Shown here: positions 49,761 through 63,695 of the stretch, piece by piece | How the letters are laid out: every line of letters begins with the position of its first letter | Numbering within the stretch: position 1 is the first letter of the stretch | DNA from: Mustelus asterias | Taxonomy: Eukaryota | Assembly (NCBI RefSeq): GCF_964213995.1 | Contig: NC_135829.1 | Span: forward strand, 17,670,001-17,734,000 | DNA length: 64,000 nucleotides | Direction of reading: 5' to 3' | Notes under the pieces: generated by a model | Databases searched by the model: none | What the model saw: the letters and a program-made list of their open reading frames with translations, nothing else | What the model was told of the DNA's origin: nothing | Program-made: the position numbers and the translations under genes

Positions 49761-50151
49761 TCCTAAACATTAACTCTCTTTCTCTCTCCACAGATGTTGA
49801 CAGGGCTGCTGAATTTATCCAGCATTTTCTGTTTTTCTTTCAGATTTCCAGCAGTATGTTGCTTTTAATTAATCATTGCATCTTCAGTTTATTGATATAT
49901 CTAGTGACCTGATGTTGGAAGAATGAGACTTTGGCAGGAACTCTTTCTCTCTTCTCTTCTCCCTCCCAACCTGCTGTTAATTGGCTGACATTTACTGTCA
50001 AGCTCCAGGTATGATCAGAAATATGGTCACACTGAAGGAAATAAACTTGCAGGGGAAAGGGGGTGGGAACTGGCTAGATTTCTCCACAGAGAGCTGAAAT
50101 AGACTCGATGGACCAAATGGCCTCTACTTCTGTAGTCTCATTGATTTTTAT

Positions 50152-50266
50152 GGGTGGGATTTTCCACTCAAAATTCCTGCCTGAAATAAATGTTTTGCTG
50201 GTGTGTCAAATTTTCCATCCCGCCCATGATGATTTCCGCAGCAGTTGGGACCAGATAATCCCACCC
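50152..50266. mobile_element. Short Harbinger-like MITE
   Basis: TIRs gggtgggatt / aatcccaccc; flanks tat/tac. Confidence 0.55.
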
Positions 50267-50799
50267 TACGTCTCTAAACCATCCTCAGTCTCTCAGCAAA
50301 CATCAAGCACCAAAGGAGGTGTTCTGGGCCTGCACAAATCTTAGCTAATGATCCAGGAGACAGGCTTGTGAAACATAATGTTCAAGCACAGGAAGAGGAT
50401 CATGCTGGTGGCGGAGGCTCACGTGATGGTCCAAATGAACCTCCCTTACCCCTTCTTATCCGATCTCATCAACATATCCTTCCTTTCTCCCTCGTGTGCT
50501 TATCTAGCTTCTGCTTAAATGCATCGATCTTAGTTGCCTCAACTTCTCCTTTTGGCACTGAGTTCCCCATTCCTTTTTGTGTTCTGTTCCCTCATTTGTT
50601 CTTTTTGGTTGAAAATGATCACCCAGCAGAAGGTGCTGTTTGTAAATTACCGAGATTTAAATAATACAAAGACAGGACGGCACATACGTCCAGTCTCCTT
50701 CCAACTACCTGCTGCCTTGTGTCAGCAGCCTCACTGCTTTCTTTGTGAACCCTGAACCATTACTAATAACACTGGAATTAAAAATACGAAGAGACATTT

Positions 50800-51560
50800 A
50801 ATAAGATGCAAAGGAGGGTTAGCACAGAGGCAACAGGGATGAGGAACTTCAGTTACATGGAAATAAAAGGAAGCTGGGTTTTTTTTTAGAAGAGTTTAAT
50901 AGAGTTTCGAAACAATGTGGAGCAGTTAACGTAAATAAGGATGGGCAATAAATGCTTATCGAACCAGTGACACCCACATCCCATGAACAAATAATGAGAA
51001 GGTGTTTTCATTGTTAAGAATGTTGGTAACCAGATGATACAGTTTAATTAATTGGAAAATAAACTGGAGAGGAAATCAGAAGGACGTTTTTTCCCACAGC
51101 AAGTTGTTATGATCTGGAATGTGCTGCCTGAATGCGCAGTGGAAGCAGATTCAATCGTAACTTCCAGAGGAGACTTGGATCAACACTGGAACAGGAAAGA
51201 GCCATGAAAATGGCTTCAGGGGTGAGGAAAATTACTTGTACAGATTGGAGAGGTTGGGACTGTTTTCCTTGGAGAAGGGAAATGTGATACAAGTATACAA
51301 AATCATGAGGGGTCTGGGCAGGAAGAAACTGTTCCCATTGGTGCAATGATTGAACAGGAGGGTAGAGATTTAAAGTAATTGGCAGGAGAGATGAGGAAAA
51401 TCCTTTTCACACAGCCAGTGGTTCTGCCAGAGAATGCGATAGAGGATAATTAAGTCATTTAAGAGGGAATTGGATTATTATTTGGAAAGAAAGAATGTGT
51501 ATGGTTACAGAGAGAAAGTCAGGGAGTGGCACAAGAGAAATTGGTCCTTCATTGGAGCCA
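50800..51560 (+). mobile_element. Old CR1 3' fragments
   Basis: LERLGLFSLE and ttttcacacag..gtggtt remnants. Confidence 0.6.
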
Positions 51561-52009
51561 GCTTTGAGGGAGCGACACTGTAAGGATACGATGAAATGTG
51601 TTTGATGAAGGCAGTCACTGATGTGGAACGTCTTGTGGCTGATCAGTTTCATTGTACCTAATATTCCATTTAATATCAGCAAGAGGCTGCCCATTTATTT
51701 ACAAACATCATGGAGGAAATGGGGGTATTGCCTTATCTTTTTTAAAAAGTCCCAGCAATGGTTTATGATTAGTTATTACGATGAAGCATCTACTGTAGAC
51801 GTATTGGTGGAATTTTTAATGCCAAAGTCAACTGCTAACCCCCTTTCCTAATTTGGAAATAACCCCATTCAGTGTCTGTGAGGGTCCTAAATGCGTATGT
51901 AATGGGCTTCTGTTTCATCATTCTAGCGGCGTTCCTGTACCCCCCCGCAGCCCCCCCTCCCCCCCACCCAAACCCTGTAGGTGGAGGCATCGCATGTCCG
52001 GATGAGGTC

Positions 52010-52335
52010 CTTCTCTGTGTCAAAATGGGTCAATAAATTAGAGGACAAAAGCTGTTCACATTGAAAGCTTCCAGCTGCAGAACCCCCCCAAGACCACCTT
52101 TGACATTTCCATAGTAGGGTATGCAAGGGGGGCCAATAAGGATGCCAAGTTCTGAATAAATTTCCCGTAATAATTCACTACCCCAGGAAGGATTTCAATT
52201 TTGTAGAGTTCCTTGGAGTTGGCCCTTACTTTGTCCTCCACTGGATGAAGGCCTGATAGCACAAATAGGTCATGGCACTTGCTTGAAGACACATTTTCAC
52301 TTTTCAGTCGTGCCCCGACCTCCAAGAATCGCCAG
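52010..52335 (-). mobile_element. Gypsy pol remnant (RT/RNase H connection)
   Basis: GLHPVEDKV..VVNYYGKFIQNLASLLAPL..LLTHFD..TCDAS. Confidence 0.65.
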
Positions 52336-52499
52336 GTTTGCTAGGTGTTCGTGTTCTGAAGTGCCGAATAGGGGAGCTCATAATCGATGAGGCTCAGGAG
52401 ATCTATTGACAATCCTTGGCGATCATAACAGGGGTGACTAGGGACTGAGGAAGGGAGGGTCTGAGGATAAGGGGGGCATTGGGCATTGAGCTGCTGGAC

Positions 52500-53750
52500 A
52501 ATTATTCCCCCTAAGGTGGAAAATGTGGAGGCTATGAGGGCCTCCCTGGTCCTCCGGCCCTCTACGACCCTGGCCATGGCCTGTGCAGCCTCCTCTGGGT
52601 CCTCCCCAAGCTCCATTGCCACCCAGTCCAGGTCATCCTCCTCCCCCGGTGGATCCACCTGTTCCTCCTCCTCCTCCAGAATGTCGTCCCGCTGCTGTGC
52701 CAAGCTGTGCAGGACACAGCATGCAACCACGATCTGAGCGATCCTCTGGGTGCTGTATTGCAGAGTCCCACTAGGACAGTCCAGACAGCGGAGCTGCATC
52801 TTTAGGAAGCCTATGCACTGGTCAATTATGTTCCTGGTGGCAGAGTGAGCCTCGTTGCAGTGGGTCTCTGCTTCGGTCTGGGGTCTCCACACAGGCGTCA
52901 TTAGCCATGACCTAAGCGGATAACCCTTGTCCCCCACTAGCCAGCCCCTCAGTCAACAAATACCCTTGAAGGTTCCAGATACCTCCGAGTGTCCAGGACG
53001 AATGCGTTATGCATGCTCCCAGGATAGCATGCACAGACGTGGATAATGTTTAGCTGATGGTCGCCCACCAGCTGGATATTCAGGGAGTGGAAGCCCTTCC
53101 TGTTGATGAAGGGCACTCCCTGTCGAGATGGCACTCTCAAGGCGATATGGGTACCATGGATCAGCTCCTGGTCTTGGAACATCCCAGCAATGACACTGAG
53201 TCCTACAGCTTGTGTATCCTAATGGTACATGTGGAAGGTGATGTAGTCCATTGCCCAGGCATACAGGGCATCCTTGTGGATGCATCTGTGTGCTGAAGAT
53301 TGCGAGATTCTGCACAGGTCCCTGCTCAAGCCCTGAAATGATTCGGTGGTGAAAATGTTCAGGGTAGCTGTGACTTTCACAGCCACCGGGAGCAAGTGTC
53401 CGCCTCCTCCTTTTGGTGCAAGGTAGGCAAGAACCTGGCACAGGTACTGCTCCGTGTCCCTTTGAAGGCGGAGTTGTCGGCAGCACATGTTGTCCGACAG
53501 CTTGTGAAAAGACCAGTGCCTTCTGTAAACTTGCGGCCTACAGCATCGCTGACTTCTTACCCCCTCCTCAGCCTGATGGACGGCAAGCACCTGAGCCTCT
53601 GCTGTACCTCCCTCATGCTCTAAGGCCGGGTCCTGTGGTGCTGGGTCACGCCTGTGCTGGCCTTGGTGCTCTTGCCACCACCAATCTGTCATGGCAGCAG
53701 TTGCCAGGATTAATGTGAGCTGGCATGCCTCAAATCCGAAAACCATCTTG
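52500..53750 (-). pseudogene. PIF/Harbinger transposase (HARBI1-like DDE), frameshifted
   Basis: [80 protein letters not shown]. Confidence 0.9.
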
Positions 53751-54044
53751 AATCTGTCAGGAGGTGGAAAGGAGAGAGAGGGAGACAGTCAGCAATCCTT
53801 TGACCCTCGAGTCTTGCCTAATATCATTATGATCCAACGTTTGAAGACTGACAAATGCTCACCGTTCCCACTGCCCAGTGCAGCCTTCAAGAGCTGCTGC
53901 CCACACCAGCGAGCTTGCACGGTCACGGAAACTGACCCATGACCCCTCCTCCTGGTCCATGGCCTCTGGCCTGGATCATTCCTCCCTTCAATTCATCAGT
54001 TATGGTGCGCACCATGTTCTGCTGCAAATTGATGTTCCTCTATG

Positions 54045-54705
54045 GCCACATCAACGGGGATGAAGTAGAAAGGGTCGAGAGCTTCACATTTTTAGGTGTC
54101 CAGATCACCAACAACTTGTCCTGGTCCCCCCATGCCGACACTATAGTTAAGAAAGCCCACCAATGCCTCTACTTTCTCAGAAGACTAAGGAAATCTGGCA
54201 TGTCAGCTACGGCTCTCATCAACTTTTACAGGTGCACCATAGAAAGCATTCTTTCTGGTTGTATCACAGCTTGGTTTGGCTCCTGCTCTGCCCAAGACCG
54301 CAAGCAACTACAAAAGATCATGTAGCCCAATCCATCACCCAGACCAGCCTTCCATCCATTGACTCTGTCTACACTTCCCACTGCCTCGGCACAGCAGCCA
54401 GCACAATTAAGGACCCCAAGCAGCCTGGACATTCTCTCTTCCACCTTCTTCCTTCGGGAAAAAGATACAAAAGTCTGAGGTCACGTACCAACCAACTCGA
54501 ACAGCTTCTTCCCTGCTGCTGTCAGACTTTTGAATGGACTTGCATTAAGTTGATCTTTCTCTACACCCTAGCTATGACTGTAACACTACATTCTGCACTC
54601 TCTCCTTCTCTATGAATGGTATGCTTTGTCTGTATAGCGCGCAAGAAGCAATACTTTTCACTGTATACTAATACATGTGACAACAATAAATCAAATCAAA
54701 TCAAA
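54045..54705 (+). mobile_element. Rex1/Babar-type LINE 3' fragment
   Basis: VERVESFTFLGV..YFLRRLRK; (caaat)n tail. Confidence 0.88.
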
Positions 54706-54959
54706 AACATGGCTGCAAGCCTCAGGCACTGTCTCTTCCCCTAAGCCTTAATGAGATTTAGCACCTGGGTGGAATCGCTGAATTATTGAGGACGATGGAG
54801 CGTTGATGGGAGGTTCAGGGCTAGCATGAACATGAGAGAGCACAGTCGTTCTCTCAGGTGAGCAAGGATGCCTGGTGGAACCTCCTGAGTGAACATCATG
54901 CCAACTTCTTCCTGGCAAGTAGCCAGAGCTGGGCAGCTACGCTATAATCTGGCACATAA

Positions 54960-55260
54960 GGATCGAATGGTGGGACATTATTCTGTGCAGAGTGCCAGAG
55001 ATTCTGGAGAGAAAACTCGGCTGTGCAGCTGAAGAGCTATGCAGTGATTTTTGCACTGTAACTGACACTCTGACGAATTATGAGACGATTTTGCCCTCTG
55101 TCTTTGTATGATCTTGCCAAGGGGCAGCATATCAATAAGAAAGAGGAGGAAGCCAAGGTTAGATCCTTGTGGGATGCCAAAGGTAACAGTGCAAGAGGAA
55201 CTATTGGATTGAGTCCAGTTGAGCGCAGTCACAGCAAACAATCAGAACCACAGAGGTCAT
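54960..55260 (-). mobile_element. L2-like LINE RT remnant
   Basis: VTFGIPQGSNLGFLLFLIDMLPLGKII. Confidence 0.55.
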
Positions 55261-55779
55261 GTTATTTGTAGTTTGGATTTTATGTGGGCAGATATTTGGT
55301 GGAGTCAGCTGGGCTGAGTTTTATGCAGCGAGTTGAGGTTGGGTGGGGAAAGGTGGGATGATGTGAGGTACATTCTGTGCAGTGAGGGAGGGGTGGTTTG
55401 TCAGTGGACCCCAGGTAATGGGGAAGCAGAGAGCAAATATTTGGCAATTTTTTTATTGAGAACTAAAATGAAAGGTCATGGATGACAGAATAAAGGAAGC
55501 CAAATAGCATCAGGAAGCAATGATTAGGGTGATTAAAGTCTAAAAATACTGAGAGGAAGGAAGCCTTTTATTACAATATTTGCAAAGGCCTTCACCCTGA
55601 GAGTTCCTTTAAAATGAAGCAAATACGTTTGCCATGAAACTGTGGTGGTAAGGAGTGTCATGATAATAGGATAATTGTGGCAGTGAACTCCAGTATTAGA
55701 TAAAATACGGTACACTCTGTACTTCATGGGGTCACCTGACCTGTGAATCAAAGGTCAGATATCTCTTTTGAATACCAAA

Positions 55780-56170
55780 CAAATAAACAAACTCAAATTA
55801 ACTTAGGGACAAATTAAAAGGGGCAGCTCCCCAAAAGGAAGGGGGAACAGCCCGAACCAAAAACAAAGTCGAAAGGAAACTTAAAACATCAAACCAAAAG
55901 GTGATTGTCAGGGTCGATAATACACCCCAGCCCCTGCGGCGCCCAGCGGTCGCGGAAGGTGTCAACCGCACCCGTGGACACCGCATGCTCCCTCTCCAGT
56001 GACACCTGGCCGCGAATGTAGCCGCGGTAGAGGGGCAGACAGTCAGGGTGGACGGCCCCGTCGATCGCCCACTGCCTGGACCTATTGATGGCGCGTCTCG
56101 CCAGGCCCAGGTTCACGAGGAGGTCGGCATCTCGACCCGCCCCTCTCCACACCAGGTGCCCGTAAAAGGT
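55780..56170 (-). mobile_element. Tx1/L1-type LINE ORF2 C-terminus and 3' end
   Basis: LLVNLGLARRAINRSR..LEREHAVS..FRDRWAP. Confidence 0.65.
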
Positions 56171-57406
56171 CAGATAGTTTGTATAGATTGTAACAAGACT
56201 TGCAGTTGTGTGTTCATATTTTATTAATGAAGTTAGTCTACAACAATGATGTTGGTCATTCTGTAACATAAAAGCCAGTAATTTCCTCAGATTGACAACC
56301 AGCGGCAGATTGCCACTCAATAGAAACTTACCTGCATTTAAAATGGATAGTGCCTGTCTCACCTAACCTGAACTCAGGCTGGGTGAGACTGAAGAAGTGA
56401 ATTATGTCAATGACTCCAGTGGCAAAGTGTGAAAGGGCCGGAGCGAAGGAGTAGGCACCTTCTACTTATGGCGCTAGTTGCCGTAAAGCATGAGAGTTTA
56501 AATGTCCCATTGAAAGGGAGAAGGTGAGTTTCTATGGTAATTGAATGGTTTGTGGGGATCTGGACATGGGGCAACCCAGGCATGGGAGAGATCCAGACAT
56601 GGGAGGGGGTGGGGTGAGAGATCCAGACATAGGGGTGGGGGTTTGGACATAAGGGGGAGAATCAGGCTTTAGGAGACGGTGGGGTGGGGTGCGATCTGGG
56701 AATTTAAAATAGTGACTCTGAAGTTAGAAGTGACTTTTTCCTTCTAACTTAGAGTAACTATGTGTAAAACTGGCAGAACCATCTGAAGTTAGCAATTTAA
56801 ATTGCTTTGTTCCTTGCCCAGCTGAATTGTCTAGAGGACATTATCCCTTTAGAAGACAATGTCCGCATAAAGTCTTACAATGGGAACTACCCAGAGGGAT
56901 TTCCCAGCACACCTTGGGGGTACCGCCCCCCCCCCCCCCCCCCAAATCTGATGCTGGGGAACCACGAAGTTATGGTCCAAAAACAAGTCATGGGGTTCCA
57001 CAGTTTGAAATCTTGGAACAGAGTAAATTACATTGAGATGAATCTTGATTTCACAAAATGAGGGTGTGATCTTAAGAAAGGGGAAATTCTGAATGGCACT
57101 CCTCAGTGACTACCTGCCAAAGGTCCTTCACTGGCTGTAACCTGAAGTTATGGGAGGCGCTACAAGTCAAGTTGTTGTTGCATTCCTGGAAATCAAGACT
57201 TTAAGTGAATCATAGGTTCTCAGAGGAATCAATTTTAAAACTGGAGTTGGGTTCCTTCAGACATTTCTTACCCGGGAAAAAAAAACAATGCATGTATGTG
57301 CTGTACATGTTCGGTACTCTGCATTCCTAGCGGAAATAACTTGCAAACTAAAATAAAAGAATAAAGTAGATACTTTAGAAATTTTCTCAGCAGAAATAAA
57401 CATTAT

Positions 57407-57514
57407 GGGTAGAATTTCCCTGTCCTGCGGGTGAGGGGCAGACCCTGGAAAGGCCTATTGACCTCGGGCAGGATTTTCCAGTTTTGGGGCGAGCACAGCT
57501 GGAAAATCGTGCCC
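57407..57514. mobile_element. Short Harbinger-like MITE
   Basis: Imperfect TIRs gggtagaatttcc / ggaaaatcgtgccc; TSD TAT. Confidence 0.65.
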
Positions 57515-58144
57515 TATAAGCTTGAAATGCTGAACATTCATAAATGCCTAACTTTGAAATATAATAAATGTAAAAGAAATAGAATATACAGTAAATGCAA
57601 ATAAAGGTAAAAACATTACAAATTTCAAAATGGGGCCGGAGCGAGGTGACTTCTTACAAGCTGTGCCCAGCATAGCTTCTAATTCTATCTTTTACTCTCG
57701 TTCTATGCTTCTAAAACTTCATTCAAACTCCTTTAAACTCTCTAACAATGCTCTAATTCAATCTCTCACAGATTTGGACACGCTAGCTATTCTGCACCCT
57801 CTCCTTTCCTTCTCTATGAACGGTATATTTTGTCTGTATAGCGCGCAAGAAACAATACTTTTCACTGTATTCTAATACAAGCGACAATAATAAATCAAAT
57901 CAAATTCATCTGGTTTTGGATTGACCAGGCTCCATCTCGTGGTAGAAGCTGGTCAGTGCAGAACATCAGTACAAGCTGAGAGTGGGAACAGGAATGAAGT
58001 GGGCAGGCTGTGGTGTTGTCTTTGGACTAGTAATCCAGAGTTCGGGGTAAAGCTCTGTGGGCCCGGGTTTGAGATTTTTTAAAAATCTGGAATTAATTCT
58101 AATGATGGCCATGAAATGATTGTTGTAGTGGAAGGAAATCTAGT

Positions 58145-58418
58145 AAAGTTTATTTATTAGTCACAAGGCTTACATTAACACTGCAATGAAGTTACTGTGA
58201 AACTCCCCTAGTCGCCACAGTCCAGCACCTGTTCAGGTCAATGCACCAAACCAGCACGTCTTTCAGAATATGGAAGGAAACCGGAGCACCCGGAGGAAAC
58301 CCACGCAGACATGGGGAGAATGTGCAAACTCCACACAGACAGTGACCCAAGCCGGGAATCGAATCCGGGTCCCAGGCGCTGTGAAGCAGCAGTGCTAACC
58401 ACTGTGCCACCGTGCCAC
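58145..58418 (-). mobile_element. HE1-like SINE, variant tail (as at 31500-31795)
   Basis: tRNA-like head; tail gtaagcct..aataaataaacttt. Confidence 0.85.
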
Positions 58419-59529
58419 CCATCCTTACCATCTGCCATCCTTACCTGTACTCTGGCCCCACAGCAATGTGGTTGACTCTTGAAATGGCCACTCAGTTCAA
58501 GGGGGCCCTCGGAATTGAGGGAGGGAACAGTTGCACCTGGGAAAAGGTCATGTGTGTGGCCAATGATAAATCAAAACCAGCAATATTGACAGATATATTG
58601 TTGTTACTTTATTAACAATGTTAAAGCAAAACAACGTTAGGTGAGTCGACCTTAAGCAGGGGCTTACTGTATGTAAATACCTTCCACTATGGCATCATTG
58701 ATAAAGTAAGGACAAGCATGGGAAAGAGGAAGGGAAAGAGAGAATCAGGCCAAATGTGGTGGAATCACCATCTTTCCCTTGTACCCTGTTAGGGATGCAG
58801 TAGCCTCAACATTCCATGCTGTCACCAAGCTCTCCAATTAGTGTAACAATGCCTTGTGTCAGGACTGCCCTCTAAAGCTGCCTCCTGCAAAGCTACAGTG
58901 AAAGAACATCATTTCCATTGAGTCTTTAGAGAATTGGCCGACCACCTCCAGCACACAATGTTAACCCCCCAATGGTGAACAGGGCTTAAATAGACAAAGT
59001 ACATTTCCCATCAACATCTAGAATATCCTGAAGGGGCTTTTTGTGTGAGCAGAATCTTGTGTAATCCCTTCTTCATTAAAGGTATCTATATGAAGTGCAG
59101 GTTCCTCAATGTTCTTTTGAATTATAGGGTTATCAGCTTCTTTCTAATTAATACAGTGATGGAGCGGTGGAAAGGCTGGCTACGTGACTAGCAGCTGTAA
59201 CATGGAACTCCTGAGTTCAGATTGAGGGCAATCTGCAGATATACAAACACAGAATGAGAAAAGTTACTGACATTTCTGAGCTACTATCCAGTAGATTCAA
59301 TAGAAAATTCAATGACTATTGGGTACACACTTGAAAATTAAGGAAAGATTGTAAGGCTATGGAGAAAGAGAAGGGTGGTTGAATAGTGCTCTTAAAAGGA
59401 GCCATCACTAGTACAATGGGCCAAATGGCCTTTTTCTGTGCTGTAAGATTCTATTGCTTTCTTTTAAATTTAAATGGGGTAACAGTACAATCTTTGACAT
59501 GCCATAGTGCAGATTTTTATTTTAAAGGA

Positions 59530-59850
59530 AGGAAGATTTGCATTTATATATCATCTTTTATCACCTTATGATGTCCGAAAGTGCTTTATAGCCAGTTAAG
59601 TATATCTGAAGTGCAATCACTGTTGTGGTGCAGGATATGTGACAGTCAGTTTGCGCACAGCAAGCTCCCCACAAGCAGCAATCCAGTAGTGACTTGCTAA
59701 TCTATTTTTGGTAAAGGTCATTGAACTCTGCTGCGAAATAGTGCCATGGAATCTTTGATGTTCACCTGATAGGGCCTTGGTTTAAGATGCCATCTGAGAT
59801 GCAGTACCTCTGACAGTGCCACACTCCCTCAGTACTGCACTGGAGTAAGA
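59530..59850 (-). mobile_element. Old SINE, DeuSINE/SacSINE-like
   Basis: Similar to 16235-16560. Confidence 0.5.
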
Positions 59851-61059
59851 CAGTGCAATTCACTGAGTCAAGGCTGACAGCCAAGAGAGGCAAAGGCATT
59901 GGAATCCCAAAGTTGAGGCAAGAAGCAGGTCCTGAGCCTGAACTTGCTGACAAAAATCGGTAATTTTACCATGCGTTGTTTCCTAATTGGCCACCCACGG
60001 GTCCAAAATCCAGTTAAGAGCAGCAGTCAAGCTCTCCATGTTGCCTGCCCAATCAGAGACTGGCAGCCCTTAAACCTCAGCTGTGTCACTGGAAGAGGTG
60101 AACCTTGAGAGCTAGGCCAGGTAGGTTTTAAAAAAATTAAAAGTTCAGGGGCCGTGAGTCAGATGAGAAATACTCCAGGAAGATTGTTGTGGCTGGGGGA
60201 ACTGCCTTCCCAGTCCATGGCCCTGTTTCGGCCACAGTACCTCAGGCTCTCATACCCTCCCGCAAAGGGTTGCCACAGTATGGCTGCCTACATTAATCCA
60301 GGGGTTTCCCCATGCAGCAGAAACCAAATCACTGTCAGTAAAATGGTGGCAACCTTAAAAATGACCCTTAACAGGACTTTTATGCATGCTATTCACCTCT
60401 TTGGAGCAGGCACCTACTTTACATCTGGTCCTGCTGGTGGGAAAATGCCCTAGAGGCAGAACTGTGTCTGCGAACCATCTTGACATGGCTGCCTGCTATT
60501 TTAACACCCTCCTCCTAACCCAGATACCTCCTCTTGCACACCTGAACCTTCAGAAACTTCAGAAGCCAAAGGATGATAATGGTCAGGGTTCCTGAAACAA
60601 TCACAATGCACTTCACTGTGGGTGTAAGGCTGCATGCCTCTTGGTTCAGTGTCGTCGACTGGTTTACTGCAAAAAGGGAACAAAAGAGATATTCAGCCAA
60701 TTTGTCTTTGAGCAGCAACTCCTCCCTTAGAGAACAAACGTGATCATTCAAACAATATTAAAATAGGCAGGGCACCAGATTCTGAGGAAACTCAAATGCC
60801 TGACCAGGGTTGCCAACTACTGGTCTCCCTTTGTTGAGTCATGGCTCAATTTGTAGAACTCTTGTTTCTGAGTCGTCATGTTGTTGGTTTAAATCCCACT
60901 CCAGGGACTTGAACACATAATCTCGGCCAACATTCCCAGCTGAAGGAGTGTTACACTGTTAGATATGCAGTTTTTCAATGAGATGTAAAACTGAGGCCTC
61001 ATTCAGGGAGTCATTCGCTCGTTGGTAGTAAAGGAGTATATAGTTGGGATTGAAAACAA

Positions 61060-61500
61060 TGATTTCAGTCATCCCAATGTTGGCAGAAATTTCAGCTCAT
61101 CCAGTGATGGATGTCAGATGAGCACTCTGATAACTCAACTTAGGACTCGTGTGGTGGTGGAGACAGAGCCAAGGATTGTCATTGTTCATTTGGAAACTAA
61201 CGCTGTGCTTTCGGAAGGTGTTGCCGAGGGGGTAACACATCGATGAGAAATAAGGGTCAATCCTTGTGAGATACGAGAAGTAATTATGTGGAGCAGAAAG
61301 AGAAACCATGCAGGTAATACTCTTCGTATGATTAGGCAGATAAGAATAGAACTGGGTGAGCATAGTCTTGCCCAACTTGACAACAGTGAAGATGCGTTGA
61401 AGGACCAACCATTTTAAAGTTTCAGACAGATCAAAAAGGATGAAGAGGAATAATTTACCTTTGCTACAATTACACAGGATGTCATTTGCAACCATTCATC
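61060..61500 (-). mobile_element. L2-like LINE RT remnant
   Basis: VANDIL..LFILFDLS..FYSYL remnant. Confidence 0.5.
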
Positions 61501-61926
61501 TGAGCAATGTTGGTTGAGGGTTAAATATTAGCTAGGGCACTAGGAAGAACTCTCCTGACCTTCAATGAAATAGTGTCATGGAATTGTTAAACCCACTTGG
61601 TTTAATGTCTCATCTGAAAGTTAACACTTCTGACACAGAAGGGGAGGGGACTTGTGATTTACTTGAACAACTTAACATTGAGAGGGTGGAGGTATTAATG
61701 GTTTAGCAGGCCTAAAAATGGATAAATCGCCAGCCCCAGATGAGATGTATCCCAGGCTGCTGTGGAAGGAAGGGAAGGAAGTTTTAGAGGATCTGACGAT
61801 AATTTTCAAATCTGCTCTGGCCAAAGGAGAGATGATGTGGAGATGTTGGCATTGGACTGGGGTAAACACGTAAGAAGTCTCACAACACCAGGTTAAAGTC
61901 CAACAGGTTTATTTGGTAGCAAAACC

Positions 61927-61965
61927 CACTGGCTTTCGGAGCGCTCGCTGCTCCTTCGTCAGGTG
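61927..61965 (-). ncRNA. Minimal hammerhead motif, probably inactive (U16.1 to C)
   Basis: CAC-CUGACGA-a-GGAGC..GCUCC-GAAA-GCC-A-GUG. Confidence 0.7.
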
Positions 61966-63656
61966 AGTGGGATTTCAGTTCACAAACAGGGCATATAAAG
62001 ACACAAACTCAATTTACAAAATAATGGTTGGAATGCGAGTCTTTACAGGCAATCAATGTCTTAAAGGTACAGACAATGTGAGTGGAGAAAGGGTTAAGCA
62101 CAGGTTAAAGAGATGTGTATTGTCTCCAGCCAGGACAGTTAGTGAGATTTTGCAAGCCCAGGCAAGTTGTGGGGGTTACAGATAGTGTGACATGAACCCA
62201 AGATCCCGGTTGAGGCCGTCCTCATGTGTGCGGAACTTGGCTATCAGTCTCTGCTCAGCGACTCTGCATTGTCGTGTGTCGTGAAGGCCGCCTTGGAGAA
62301 CGTTTACCCGAAGATCAGAGGCCGAATGCCCGTGACCACTGAAGTGTTCCCCAACAGGAAGAGAACACTCTTGCATTGATGAAGACTAACATCTCGCCAA
62401 GGCTATCCCCACACCCCCACTTCTTGCCTTCAAACAACCTCAAACAGACCATTGTCTGCAGCAAACTACCCAGCCTTCAGGAGAACAGTGACCACGACAC
62501 CACACAACCCTGCCACAGCAACCTCTGCACGATGTGCCGGATCATCGACACGGATGCCATCAGCTCACGTGAGAACACCATCCACCAGGTACACGGTACA
62601 TACACTTGCAACTCAGCCAACGTTGTCTACCTGATACGCTGCAGGAAAGGATGTCCCGAGGCATGGTACTTTGGGGAGACCATGTAGTGTCTGCATGGTC
62701 TCCCCAAAGTATGTACCGTGTACCTGGTGGATGGTGTTCTCACGTGAGATGATCGCATCCGTGTCCATGATCCGGCACATCTTGCAGAGATTGCTGTGGC
62801 AGGGTTGTGTGGTGTCGTGGTCACTGTTCTCCTGAAGGCTGGGTAGCTTGCTGCGGACAAATGGTCTGAGGCTGTGCGGTTGTTTGAAGGCAAGAAGTGG
62901 GGGTGTGGGGGTGGCCTTGGCGAGATGTCCGTCTTCATCAATGATATGTTGAAGGCTCCGGAGAAGATGTCATAGCTTCTCCACTCCAGGGAAGTATTGG
63001 ACGACGAAGGGTACTCTGTCCACCGTGTCCTGTGTTTGTCTTCTGAGGAGGTCGGTGCGGTTTTTCGCTGTGGCGCGTCGCAACTGTCGACCGATGAGTC
63101 GAGCGCCATATCCTGTTCTTATGAGGGCATCTTTCAGCGTCTGGAGGCGTCTGTTGCGATCCTCCTCATCTGAGCTGATCCTGTGTATACGGAGATCAGG
63201 CAGATGCTACAACAACGGATGAATGAATACTGCTCGACAATCACCAGGCAAGAGTGTTCTCTTCCTGTTGGGGAACACTTCAGCGGTCACGGACATTCAG
63301 TCTCTGATATTCGGGTAAGCGTTCTCCAAGGCGGCCTTCACGACTCACGACACACGCAGAGTCGCTGAGCAGAGACTGATAGCCAAGTTCCGCACACATG
63401 AGGACGGCCTCAACCGGGATCTTGGGTTCATGTCACACTATCTGTAACCCCCACGACTTGCCTGGGCTTGCAAAATCTCACTAACTGTCCTGGCTGGAAA
63501 CAATACACATCTCTTTAACCTGTGCTTAACCCTCTCTCCACTCACATTGTCTGTACCTTTAAGACTTGATTACCTGTAAAGACTCGCATTCCAACCATTA
63601 TTTTGTAAATTGAGTTTGTGTCTTTATATTCCCTGTTTGTGAACTGAACTCCCACT

Positions 63657-63695
63657 CACCTGACGAAGGAGCAGCGAGCGCTCCGAAAGCTAGTG
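63657..63695 (+). ncRNA. Minimal hammerhead ribozyme with intact core
   Basis: CAC-CUGACGA-a-GGAGC(agcgagc)GCUCC-GAAA-GCU-A-GUG; CUA cleavage triplet. Confidence 0.8.
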
